Positions 17,708 to 26,640 of a stretch of DNA of 64,000 bases are shown in pieces. Where the stretch lies: IMG/VR virus record IMGVR_UViG_650716067_000001, one strand, 5' to 3'. The DNA comes from a virus. A program made the translations under genes and the position numbers. The notes below the pieces were generated by a model that made no database searches, had not been told where the DNA came from, and saw only the letters and a program-made list of their open reading frames with translations. The stretch's first letter is position 1. Every line of letters begins with the position of its first letter.

Positions 17708-18040
17708 ATGTACGAATGGCTAAAAAACCTAAAACCAGGTGATGAAGTTTGCATTTGCCGGTACGAAGGGAAGTGTATTGCTAAGGTGGATCGCGTCACC
17801 AAGACCATGATTATTACAGATGACGGCTATAGATTTAATAAGAGCCGTGGCTACGTGGTTGGCGCTCCTGATTGGTCGAGACTGCATATTGACGAGCCAA
17901 CAAGTCAACTAAGAGAAGAGATAGAAAAAAAAGCTATATGCAGCATGGTTCGTCATTCTCTCGAATCTTTGGGTATAGAAAATCTGAGAGAAATTAAAAA
18001 GATAATTGATTTAGATAAGCAACAGAATAATAAGCAATAA
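17708..18040 (+). CDS. Hypothetical phage protein, SH3-like beta barrel
   Basis: WLKNLKPGDEV...AKVDRVTKTMI. Confidence 0.6.
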   Translation: MYEWLKNLKPGDEVCICRYEGKCIAKVDRVTKTMIITDDGYRFNKSRGYVVGAPDWSRLHIDEPTSQLREEIEKKAICSMVRHSLESLGIENLREIKKIIDLDKQQNNKQ

Positions 18041-18054
18041 CAAGGAGATTTAAA

Positions 18055-18264
18055 GTGCAAGTTAAAGCAAATGTAATGATAACTAAACGTAAATTAGAAG
18101 GCGTTTTTAAAGATTGGAACGCTACCGCAAAAGCGTCTGAGAATGCCCCAGGTTGGCTATATTTCTTGGCCAAGCATTTTGGTGAAAAGCAGGAGTTCAA
18201 TACTTGCCACAGCATTCTTGAAGTGCGTCAATTTTTCGGTGTTCAGTACCTGATTTATAAGTAA
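18055..18264 (+). CDS. Hypothetical phage protein
   Basis: 69-aa ORF with GGAG RBS. Confidence 0.5.
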   Translation: MQVKANVMITKRKLEGVFKDWNATAKASENAPGWLYFLAKHFGEKQEFNTCHSILEVRQFFGVQYLIYK

Positions 18265-18267
18265 TCA

Positions 18268-18960
18268 ATGAGCCAGAAAACCATCAAAAATGCCACGATC
18301 ATCAACATTCACTGCATGGAATACATGCGGACGGTGAGTGACAAGCATTTTGATTTGGCTATTGTCGATCCTCCGTATTTTGATGGTCCTAACAAATCTG
18401 GATATTACGGCAAAGGATATTCAAGCCTTGGTGTGCAACGTGCCAAGCACTATGGTGAGTGCAAATCTTGGGAAGTGCCGGATAGAGAATATTTTATTGA
18501 GCTGCAGCGTGTGAGCAAAAATCAGATTATCTGGGGTGCAAATCATTTTGCCGGTCTATTTGATTCTAGTTCGCCATGCTGGATTGTGTGGGACAAAGTA
18601 AATGGAGCAAGCACATTTGCTGATGCTGAATTGGCTTACGCATCATTCGATACCGCTGTCCGAGTATTTAAATATATGTGGAATGGCATGCACCAAGGAA
18701 GTTTTGGCGGAGACGTTCGAAAGAATGATAAGCGCATTCATCCAACACAGAAACCGGTACCGCTTTATGAATGGCTACTGCTTAAGTATTCAAAACCTGG
18801 CCAGAAAATACTTGATACGCACCTTGGTTCAGGATCGAGCGCAATAGCCTGTAACAACATGAATTATGAAATGGTTGGGTGTGAATTGGATATTGATTAC
18901 TACCATGCAGCATGCGAGCGAGTAGCTGAATACGCAAAACAAGAGAGGCTATTTGCATGA
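18268..18960 (+). CDS. Orphan beta-class amino DNA methyltransferase (N6A or N4C)
   Basis: IVDPPY, HPTQKP, ILDTHLGSGS, GCELD. Confidence 0.92.
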   Translation: MSQKTIKNATIINIHCMEYMRTVSDKHFDLAIVDPPYFDGPNKSGYYGKGYSSLGVQRAKHYGECKSWEVPDREYFIELQRVSKNQIIWGANHFAGLFDSSSPCWIVWDKVNGASTFADAELAYASFDTAVRVFKYMWNGMHQGSFGGDVRKNDKRIHPTQKPVPLYEWLLLKYSKPGQKILDTHLGSGSSAIACNNMNYEMVGCELDIDYYHAACERVAEYAKQERLFA

Positions 18961-19664
18961 GTCAAAACGAAGCCATAGCAGTATCAGGCACAAGACGAAG
19001 CATGAAAGAGCTTGTGGATGGAACCATTCGTGTTCAGATCGATATTGATCCAATGTACCGCGAATTGTTCTTTAAATTGTTTGGGCAAATTGATATGCCG
19101 GTGGCAATCGCTCCGATGGTAATTAATTCGCCAATTCAAGCGCCGGTACAGGAAGAGCAGCGGAAACCTGAAAGAAAAGAGGCTAATTATCTGGCTCAAA
19201 GCATGCACCGTGATGGCTATTTTCGCAATCCCAAGCTTTGGGATGCGATGGAAGAGAAGGGCATTTATACCCAGGAAATGCACAAAGAGTACGTTCAATC
19301 GCTTCCGTGCTGCGGATTCAAGTTTGCACCACATATTAAACCGTGCGATGGCGATGTTGTTATGCATCACGTAAAAACATCGGCGAATTCCGGAGTGAGA
19401 ATTAAACCACTGCACTGGTACGGCGTGCCTTTATGCCACAAGCACCATATGACTTGGGCGCACGGTTCTCACAAAGGATCTGCCAGCCATGAAGATCGTC
19501 ATGATGTCATGTTGCCGCACGCTGTAGGACTCACAGCAGAGCGCATTAAGGCAGCATTTAAGGACTCACTTGGACTTGAAAGCCTGTCAGAGATTACGCA
19601 AGAAATGCTTGATGATTTTGAAAGATATTTGTTTGGTCAGGTTATTAATAATTACGCGGCATAA
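18957..19664 (+). CDS. DUF968-like Zn-binding protein
   Basis: YVQSLPCCG...HHVKT...VPLCHKHH. Confidence 0.55.
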   Translation: MSQNEAIAVSGTRRSMKELVDGTIRVQIDIDPMYRELFFKLFGQIDMPVAIAPMVINSPIQAPVQEEQRKPERKEANYLAQSMHRDGYFRNPKLWDAMEEKGIYTQEMHKEYVQSLPCCGFKFAPHIKPCDGDVVMHHVKTSANSGVRIKPLHWYGVPLCHKHHMTWAHGSHKGSASHEDRHDVMLPHAVGLTAERIKAAFKDSLGLESLSEITQEMLDDFERYLFGQVINNYAA

Positions 19665-19674
19665 GGGATCATAA

Positions 19675-20085
19675 ATGACAGACTTCGTTACTGAGAACAC
19701 GACACCGGTTAACAATGCCGCAGCAGGATCTGTAGACCATAAAGACCCGACAAAAGAATACAGGACAAAGCTGGTTCAAAAGTTAGTTGAGAACGTAAAG
19801 CGCGAGAGCGAATTCATGAAGAAATTCCATGAATTATTCGGTGACTATCCGGGGCTTAATAGCGATACCTGCTTATACCAATTCGTGAATGATCGGCTTT
19901 CTGACTATATCAGTATTGTTGCCACCTTGATCGGTGATACCAAGGCCGGGCTTGATTGGTTTCTTTTTGAAAATGAATGCGGTGACAAGGGGTACGAGGC
20001 CGGTATTGATGAAGGTGAAACAAGGCCAATTAAAACAGTTGAAGATTACCTTTGGCTGGTGGATTTGGATAAGGAAGAGGTCTGA
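19675..20085 (+). CDS. Hypothetical phage protein
   Basis: GLDWFLFENECG. Confidence 0.6.
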   Translation: MTDFVTENTTPVNNAAAGSVDHKDPTKEYRTKLVQKLVENVKRESEFMKKFHELFGDYPGLNSDTCLYQFVNDRLSDYISIVATLIGDTKAGLDWFLFENECGDKGYEAGIDEGETRPIKTVEDYLWLVDLDKEEV

Positions 20086-20087
20086 CC

Positions 20088-20816
20088 ATGAGTGAGATAG
20101 CAATCCACAACGGCAAAACCGTGACTATGACCAGTATTGAGCTGGTTGAATTCATCAATTCTCAGCGTGGAGATGGTGAAGCGATTCTTGCCCACTCAGA
20201 TTTTTTAAAAAAAGTGCTACAGGTATTGGGTGAGAAAGATGCGGGAAATTTTTCCGGCATCTACAAGGACTCAATGAATCGCAAGAAACCTTGTTACGTT
20301 TTCCCAAAACGGGAGGCATGCCTGATGGCTATGAGTTATAGCTACGAATTGCAGGCTAAGGTTTATGACCGGATGACGGGGCTAGAAACACAACCAACTA
20401 TCGACTACGCCAAGCTATCGAAGTTACAAATTCTTCAATTAGCTATGGAGTCTGAGCAAGAGCGGCTAGCCCTTGAACACAAAGTCGTAGAGCTTGCACC
20501 AAAAGCCAAGGCACTTGATCGCATAGCAACGCACAGCGAAGGATCATTTTGTATAAGGGACGCGGCCAAAACTCTGCAAGTTAAGGAAAAGGTATTGAAG
20601 CAAACGCTTGTTGAGCGCAGCTGGATATATCGTAGACCGATGGGGTCTGGATATCTAGCTTATTCGGAAAAGCTGAAAAGAGGGCTGATGGAACATAAGA
20701 TCATCCGTGGTGAAAGGCCGGACGGTTCTGAGTGGGTGGAAACACAGGCGCGAATCACGGCGAGAGGCATGGCTTTGCTGTCAGAGATATTTTCGAGTGA
20801 ATTGGCTTTTGGTTAA
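20088..20816 (+). CDS. Phage antirepressor, Rha-like N-terminus and ANT/KilAC C-terminus
   Basis: TMTSIELVEFIN...CYVFPKREACLMAMSYS; LAPKAKALDRI...IRDAAKTL...RITARG. Confidence 0.88.
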   Translation: MSEIAIHNGKTVTMTSIELVEFINSQRGDGEAILAHSDFLKKVLQVLGEKDAGNFSGIYKDSMNRKKPCYVFPKREACLMAMSYSYELQAKVYDRMTGLETQPTIDYAKLSKLQILQLAMESEQERLALEHKVVELAPKAKALDRIATHSEGSFCIRDAAKTLQVKEKVLKQTLVERSWIYRRPMGSGYLAYSEKLKRGLMEHKIIRGERPDGSEWVETQARITARGMALLSEIFSSELAFG

Positions 20817-20986
20817 TGGGCAAAGATAGGATATAGCAAGAATGGTTAACAACGAAACTAAATGGCTGGTACGTGCGCTGATTACTTTAGCAATCCAATC
20901 GCACCAAGAATTAGCGGCATTGATTTCCGGGACACAAGCAAGGTTCTGCAGATCAGTAAAAAGATTTGGATTTCAGTGCTGCTAGT

Positions 20987-21274
20987 TGTTGGTGAGTGTA
21001 AATCCCTTGTGGAAGGCTAAGGAACCCATTAACTGCGCAATGCGACAAGTTATAAAGAATCTATCCAGTAGCCAACAGAACGGCGGTACTCCGATGCCTA
21101 TTCGGAGTGGCAACAACCATGGGCACTTTAATATTTTTAATATTGAATGAATACAAGGTTAAGGGGCTTTATTAGAGTGTTCATGGTTGTTGGTGTAATG
21201 ACCGGATGACGGAACGTGCAACGGCAATCTGAAAAGAGGTTGCTACGTGGGCTTCATAACCCACCACCAACAGA
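20987..21274 (+). ncRNA. Two tandem structured elements bounded by TGTTGGTG...CCAACAGA; second is cloverleaf-like
   Basis: Unit 2: 8-bp closing stem 21188-21195/21265-21272, TCT-GAAA-AGA hairpin, GTGGG-CTTCATAA-CCCAC arm. Confidence 0.45.
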
Positions 21275-21292
21275 TTTTAAATGGAGTGAAAT

Positions 21293-21619
21293 ATGAGGTT
21301 AATAAGAAACACCACGGCTGACGGCACATGCAAATACGCACTTATTCGTTTGGATAAGTTAAGAAGCGCCGGATATTTCAAGTCATTCGAAAGGTTTGAC
21401 AGAGCATTGGCATGGATAGCGGAATTCGTTGAGTACGGATTCCCAAAAAGCCAAGACGAATTCTTCGTAATAAAACTGCAAGACCGGAATGCGAGAGCGG
21501 CATTGCTGGCATACGCTGAAGAGGCAAAAAAGAACGGTGATGATCAATTGGCTAGTGAAGTTAATGAATTGGCTGATAGGGCAGGCGAACTATCAGAATT
21601 TGTTAAGAATCCAGATTAA
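21293..21619 (+). CDS. Hypothetical phage protein
   Basis: KYALIRLDK...EFFVIKLQDRNARAALLAYA. Confidence 0.7.
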   Translation: MRLIRNTTADGTCKYALIRLDKLRSAGYFKSFERFDRALAWIAEFVEYGFPKSQDEFFVIKLQDRNARAALLAYAEEAKKNGDDQLASEVNELADRAGELSEFVKNPD

Positions 21620-21636
21620 TAGGTTGGGGGATTGAT

Positions 21637-22008
21637 ATGCAACTAAGATTCATAGAGGACAGCGATGGAGACATCAAAATAAAAGACGAATTAGGCTATT
21701 TCATTGGTAATTTGTATAAGTATAACGGGCGATATTGCCTTGCTCTGCAATACCTTTATGACAAAGTTGATGGATTGCGCCAGATAGCCGCAAAACTTCT
21801 TGAATTAAATGGCGGCAACACCCTGCAATTCATAGAGCAAGATGATGGTGTTATCAATGTAATGGATGCGTGCGGCGATGCTGTTGGTGATCTAGTAAAA
21901 CATAATGGCAGATTCCATATAAGCTTTTTACATACTAATGACAATGCTGATTATCTGTACCAGATCGCAGATAAGCTGAAGCAGTTGAATGGTGATACGG
22001 ATGCTTAG
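21637..22008 (+). CDS. Hypothetical protein made of two ~60-aa repeats
   Basis: L.FIE..DG.I...D..G..G.L.K.NGR...L.QIA.KL..LNG twice. Confidence 0.7.
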   Translation: MQLRFIEDSDGDIKIKDELGYFIGNLYKYNGRYCLALQYLYDKVDGLRQIAAKLLELNGGNTLQFIEQDDGVINVMDACGDAVGDLVKHNGRFHISFLHTNDNADYLYQIADKLKQLNGDTDA

Positions 22009-22183
22009 ATTTATTAAGTCATTTAGCAGAATACAAGTAAGAAGAGAATTTTCCGGTGACTGCATTTGTTTGCTTACTGAGAATTTTGAAGGCGAATATG
22101 AGCCTCATTTTCAAACATCTACAGTTACACCAGAAGAATTGCATCAGGTGGCCGACAAATTGGAAGAGCTGAACAAAGAATGA
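21998..22183 (+). CDS. Hypothetical protein, single diverged copy of same repeat
   Basis: MLRFIK...ELHQVADKLEELN. Confidence 0.55.
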   Translation, partial: RMLRFIKSFSRIQVRREFSGDCICLLTENFEGEYEPHFQTSTVTPEELHQVADKLEELNKE

Positions 22184-22674
22184 GCGCGTTTTCTCCAGCA
22201 TTCAAGAAAGAAATCGAGAATCGCATAAAAAACGGCACGCTGAAGGTTGCCGGTCAAAGCCCTGTGTTAGTGCCGGGTATTAAATCAGTTCCAGCAGTAA
22301 TCAAAAATGGAAGCGCAGGCAGCGAATCAATGCGCAACCTGCAGGCACTTGGTCGCATGAAAACCGGCAAGATGAATAAGACAGAGATCGCCTATTCACA
22401 GCATCTTGAAGCGTTGAAGTCGTGCGGCGAGATTGTTTGGTGGAAGTTTGAGGCGATAAAGCTGCGATTGGCTGATAGCACTTTTTACACGGTAGATTTC
22501 TTTGTAATGAAAGCATCGGGAGAACTCGAAGCGCATGAAGTAAAAGGATATTGGATGGATGACGCGAGAGTGAAGATCAAGGTGGCAGCAGGGTTGTACC
22601 CATTCAGATTTATAGCTGTTCAGAAGAAATCAAATAAACAGGGTGGTGGTTGGAAAATTGAGGTTTTTGAATAA
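22180..22674 (+). CDS. PD-(D/E)XK endonuclease, DUF1064-like
   Basis: MNKTEIAY, FYTVDFFV, HEVKGYW. Confidence 0.8.
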   Translation: MSAFSPAFKKEIENRIKNGTLKVAGQSPVLVPGIKSVPAVIKNGSAGSESMRNLQALGRMKTGKMNKTEIAYSQHLEALKSCGEIVWWKFEAIKLRLADSTFYTVDFFVMKASGELEAHEVKGYWMDDARVKIKVAAGLYPFRFIAVQKKSNKQGGGWKIEVFE

Positions 22675-22731
22675 TAGCAGGCGCGGTACCACAGAATGAA
22701 TATCGACAAATACACGAGGTAAATAGTTTAT

Positions 22732-23385
22732 ATGGTCGAAGAAAAGCCAGTCTTAGAAGTTCCTAAAGCAAATTCACGCGCAGCATTGGCAAAGAACATG
22801 GGTCTCAGGCTGCGCGCATCAAGAGAATCGATAGGTATGGCGCAGGGTGAAGCTGCCCGGCGTTTAGGTTATGCCAATCAAACGAAACTGGCAAAGATCG
22901 AGGGTGGTACTGATACGAATTCAGTGCCGCATTGGGTCGTTTTGAGGGCGGCCAGGCTCTATGATGTATCAATCGACTACATTTACGGCGAATCAGATGA
23001 CTGGGAACTAAGTGCCAGAGCATTACAAGAGCGCGATATGGCCAAATGGATGATGGAAGCATGGGAAGCCGGTCGACAGAAAGATTTGGAAGTTTTGAGG
23101 AAGCTTAAAATAAGGATGAATGCTATCAGCGAAACGGTAACCGGACTATTTTCTGCATCGCAGGATGTGCAAGATGCGTTTAGAAGATTCATTGAGCTTA
23201 ATTCAGAAACATTCGATGACATGCGCGGCGGGGCGAAATTGCTTGCATCAGTTGACCGATTATTTAATTTAACGGGTACATGTAAGAGAAAATTAACCAG
23301 ATTCAGCAATCAGTGCGCGGTATCAGGGATAGGCGCTGTTATTGTGTCCCAGGTCGATAAGCCGGTACAGCGGCAATTGTTGTAA
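22732..23385 (+). CDS. XRE-family HTH regulator; candidate late-promoter activator
   Basis: LRLRASRESIGMAQGEAARRLGYANQTKLAKIEG...VSIDYIYG; directly upstream of terminase. Confidence 0.75.
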   Translation: MVEEKPVLEVPKANSRAALAKNMGLRLRASRESIGMAQGEAARRLGYANQTKLAKIEGGTDTNSVPHWVVLRAARLYDVSIDYIYGESDDWELSARALQERDMAKWMMEAWEAGRQKDLEVLRKLKIRMNAISETVTGLFSASQDVQDAFRRFIELNSETFDDMRGGAKLLASVDRLFNLTGTCKRKLTRFSNQCAVSGIGAVIVSQVDKPVQRQLL

Positions 23386-23391
23386 TCAATC

Positions 23392-24255
23392 ATGGCGGCA
23401 AAACCAAAATTAACCCCGGAAGAGTGGAAAAAGGTACGCAACACATGGGAGTCAGATCCGCGTGAGGGTTATGCGTGGTTAGTTGAATCCATGGCATTGC
23501 CGGTATCAGCTCCAGGTGTGCGCAAGGTTTCTCTTCGTGATAAGTGGAAGAAGAGTGAGAAACCATCAAAATCCACAAAAACACCCAAAGAAACAATAAA
23601 TTCAGAGTCAAAAAGCAAGGTTTCCAAGGTTTCGCAGAGAAACCATGCCAAGGTTTCGGAAACCATCGATATAGAAACCATCAATGATGATTCGGAAGAT
23701 GACGATGAGTCAGATAATGGATCTGTTGGCAGACCGACAGGCTATAGAGAAAAGTATAATAAACAAGCATATAGATTGTGCCTATTAGGTGCTATTGATG
23801 ATGAGTTAGCAGAGTTCTTTGAGGTTGACGTTAGTACGATTAAGCGATGGAAGAAAAATCACGCAGGATTTCGAGCTGCCATAAAAAAGGGAAAGATAGC
23901 CGCGGATTCAAAAGTTGCCGAGAGACTGTATGAACGAGCAATGGGTTATTCGCACCCCGAAACTCATGTGAGCAACTATAAAGGTGAAATTACCAAGACT
24001 GAATTAATCAAACATTACCCACCCGATACCGCTGCGGCCTTTATTTTGTTAAAGAATCGTCATCCTGACAAATGGAAAGATAAGATTGAGCTGAAAGAAG
24101 ATATCAACCTCAATGTATTCCCACCAAAGGAAGAGCTGGATGCAATATACGACAGGGCGCTTGAAGAGGCCAGAAAACGCAATGAAATGCTTATTGGCAG
24201 GCGCGAACGGATTGGGATTGTTATAGATCACGATAGCGGATTGATTGATGACTAA
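23392..24255 (+). CDS. Terminase small subunit
   Basis: GRPTGY...ELAEFFEVDVSTIKRWKK...ADSKVAERLYERAMGY; overlaps TerL start. Confidence 0.88.
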   Translation: MAAKPKLTPEEWKKVRNTWESDPREGYAWLVESMALPVSAPGVRKVSLRDKWKKSEKPSKSTKTPKETINSESKSKVSKVSQRNHAKVSETIDIETINDDSEDDDESDNGSVGRPTGYREKYNKQAYRLCLLGAIDDELAEFFEVDVSTIKRWKKNHAGFRAAIKKGKIAADSKVAERLYERAMGYSHPETHVSNYKGEITKTELIKHYPPDTAAAFILLKNRHPDKWKDKIELKEDINLNVFPPKEELDAIYDRALEEARKRNEMLIGRRERIGIVIDHDSGLIDD

Positions 24256-25768
24256 ACGAGTTCTACTGCCAGAAGATCCGCGATGGAAGCCGTTTTGTGC
24301 GCGTTACGCCGGGAATATTGAGCGTTTTGCCATCGAAGTGGTTGGCGTTATTCCGTCAGATCAGCAAATGGAACTATTTGCCAGCGTATCGCCGTCGAGA
24401 TCGCGCACTTCTGTTGCGTCAGGACACGGTACCGGCAAGACAGCCGGTATAGCAATTATCGTATTGTGGCATCAGTTGTGCTACCCAATGTCAATTACCT
24501 TGCTTACAGCGAACGACATGGACCAGCTCAAGGCCACGGTATGGAAAGAAATCGGCATTTCTCATGAGCGCATCAGGCGCGGCAGGCACGGATGGATTGC
24601 AGAACATCTTGAAATATTGGCTGATGCGTCTTGTCGGATAAAGGGATTTGAGCCGATCTGGTTTACTGAGAGCAAAACAGCCAATGAAAAAACCGCGAAC
24701 AAAATGGCCGGTCGACATGGTGAATGGCTGCTGGTGATTGGTGATGAAGCATCAACACTGCCAGATGCGGTTTTGACCACATTATCCGGGGCGCTGACAG
24801 AGCAGCACAATCGAATGCTTTTAACTAGCCAGTTCACGCGCAATGCCGGTTTTTTCTATAGAACTCAGAATGAGCTATCAATCGGCAATGGTGGTGAATG
24901 GAATAATCTGCGTTTCAGTTCATTTGATTCACCATTTGTTAGCGATTCCTCACTCAAAGAGCTGTGGGACCAGTACGACGATGATGAGAGGAATGTTCGC
25001 CTGCTAGGAATTTCACCGCAGGATTCCTCGAAGCACATGATGAATCGGAAAGTGGCCGAGGCCATGTACCGGCGCGGAAGAATAATTGATGACAATGAGA
25101 ATTTTGGCTGGATTGTGAGCGGTGATATCGCATCTGGTGAAGGATTGCGGGATAAATCGTCGTGCGTTATCGGGCGCGTCATTGGTTATGGTGACATGGG
25201 ACCGGATGCGCGGCGAGTGGAATTGGTCAAAATTCCATTACTGACAAACAAGATCCGCTCGAACGTGTTTTCAGGTTATCTGGCTGATGAGGGTGCTGAG
25301 TACAGCAATGTAACCCATGTTGTCGATTCAGGTGGCCTGGGTATCAACGTATGCCAGGACCTGGAAGATTTGAATAAGGTTGTTCACCGGGTTAACTGGG
25401 GCAATCCGTGCTTTAAAAACAAGAATAAGGACAGATACCTCAATCTGCGCGCGCAAGCCATGCATCAAGCGGCCAGAGCAGCTAAGGAAGGCCGGTTATC
25501 AGTGCTGACACTGGATTATAAAAACGTGATGCTGGATCAATCATCGCGGATACCCAAGACATTCACTGATAAAGGGCGCATCCGCGTGCCACCAAAAGGG
25601 TCTACTGAGTGGGATGGTATGGGTTCACCGGATTTGTGGGATGCGGTGTGCTTTTTCTTTCTTGAGGATGTGAATTACATTGTTGCGGAAGGTGGTGTAG
25701 GAAGTTCTGGTGGCTCAATAGCAGCAACCGCTCAGGAAAAGGTTGATGATATGTTTGCTGGTGTTTAA
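24245..25768 (+). CDS. Terminase large subunit, P1 PacB-like
   Basis: DPRW, SVASGHGTGKT, AGRHGEWLLVIGDEAS, DIASG..RDKS, SPDLWDAVCF. Confidence 0.93.
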   Translation: MMTKRVLLPEDPRWKPFCARYAGNIERFAIEVVGVIPSDQQMELFASVSPSRSRTSVASGHGTGKTAGIAIIVLWHQLCYPMSITLLTANDMDQLKATVWKEIGISHERIRRGRHGWIAEHLEILADASCRIKGFEPIWFTESKTANEKTANKMAGRHGEWLLVIGDEASTLPDAVLTTLSGALTEQHNRMLLTSQFTRNAGFFYRTQNELSIGNGGEWNNLRFSSFDSPFVSDSSLKELWDQYDDDERNVRLLGISPQDSSKHMMNRKVAEAMYRRGRIIDDNENFGWIVSGDIASGEGLRDKSSCVIGRVIGYGDMGPDARRVELVKIPLLTNKIRSNVFSGYLADEGAEYSNVTHVVDSGGLGINVCQDLEDLNKVVHRVNWGNPCFKNKNKDRYLNLRAQAMHQAARAAKEGRLSVLTLDYKNVMLDQSSRIPKTFTDKGRIRVPPKGSTEWDGMGSPDLWDAVCFFFLEDVNYIVAEGGVGSSGGSIAATAQEKVDDMFAGV

Positions 25769-25784
25769 AAGGAGTGGTTTTGGA

Positions 25785-26114
25785 TTGAGTAATAAAAAAA
25801 CGACAGCATTAGTCAAAGAAATCATTTCAAAGGCGCTGAAGTGTGACAAACGAAGGATTTTCGTTAAAACGGGTCTTGTTAATGATCTGGGTGCGGATTC
25901 AATGAAGATCCTGGAAATAATCATCGCAATCGAGCGGGAATTGAATATTGAGATCGATGATGAGCGTATTGGTGATGTTTTTGGCGAATTGAAGGCTAGG
26001 GATTTGATTGATGCTGCCAATAGTGTGATGAAGGTAAAGAATCGACGGGATTATTCTAGGATAAAACCAACTGCATCAAATAATCTGGTAGCTTTGAATC
26101 ATGAGAATTTTTGA
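25785..26114 (+). CDS. Acyl carrier protein-like
   Basis: LVNDLGADSMKILEIIIAIERELNIEIDDE with phosphopantetheine-site Ser; TTG start after GGAG assumed. Confidence 0.8.
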   Translation: MSNKKTTALVKEIISKALKCDKRRIFVKTGLVNDLGADSMKILEIIIAIERELNIEIDDERIGDVFGELKARDLIDAANSVMKVKNRRDYSRIKPTASNNLVALNHENF

Positions 26115-26129
26115 TTAAAGGAGAGAAGT

Positions 26130-26396
26130 ATGAAATTTGAATTGCGTATATTGAATGGCATGGTTACTGAGGATCATCTGAAACCAAAGACATCTGGGAG
26201 CGCCGGTATCGATCTGATGGCGGTGTCATTTCCTTCGATTTCAGCTAACAATGACGGTTTTGTTGATATCAATCCTGGTGAGGTGATATTAATTGGTACT
26301 GGAATCGCTATTCATATCGAAAGCCCAGGATACGCCGGGATGATATTGCCGCGCTCAGGATTGGGGCATAAAGGGCTTGTGCTTGGTAACCTGGTG
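26130..26396 (+). pseudogene. dut: dUTPase, 5' part only
   Basis: [24 protein letters not shown]; similarity lost where GLIDSDY is expected. Confidence 0.85.
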
Positions 26397-26485
26397 CCAT
26401 TGATCGTTTCCTGCACGTTATGCCAGCACCCATTTAGCGTGGCCGCGCACTGGATGATGATGCCGTTGATTGGTCGAGTATTCAT
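26390..26485 (-). pseudogene. N-terminal fragment of an N-acetylmuramoyl-L-alanine amidase-type lysin
   Basis: [26 protein letters not shown], then with one base restored IDQWHQ; resembles I..IIIHCxAT...IDxWH. Confidence 0.6.
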
Positions 26486-26640
26486 GCCGCCATGATGGCA
26501 GCGGATGAGGGGAATATTAAGGCGGACGCGCATCCTCCCGGATGATCTGGAAGGAAGGTTTTACAGATTATTACTGATTCATAGTAGTGTCAATTAGATC
26601 TACCTACTGCACTAACAACCCTTGCTCTTTTAATATGTCC

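Noticed and set aside
20841-20984. 47-aa ORF after the antirepressor
   Set aside because: No recognisable motif or clear RBS; cannot be supported
22650-22731. Late promoter motif upstream of the HTH/terminase operon
   Set aside because: TGGAAAA at 22651 is not followed by YANNNT at 28 nt
26130-26495. Novel dUTPase with unusual C-terminus
   Set aside because: Tail is the antisense of an amidase fragment; catalytic motifs 3-5 are missing
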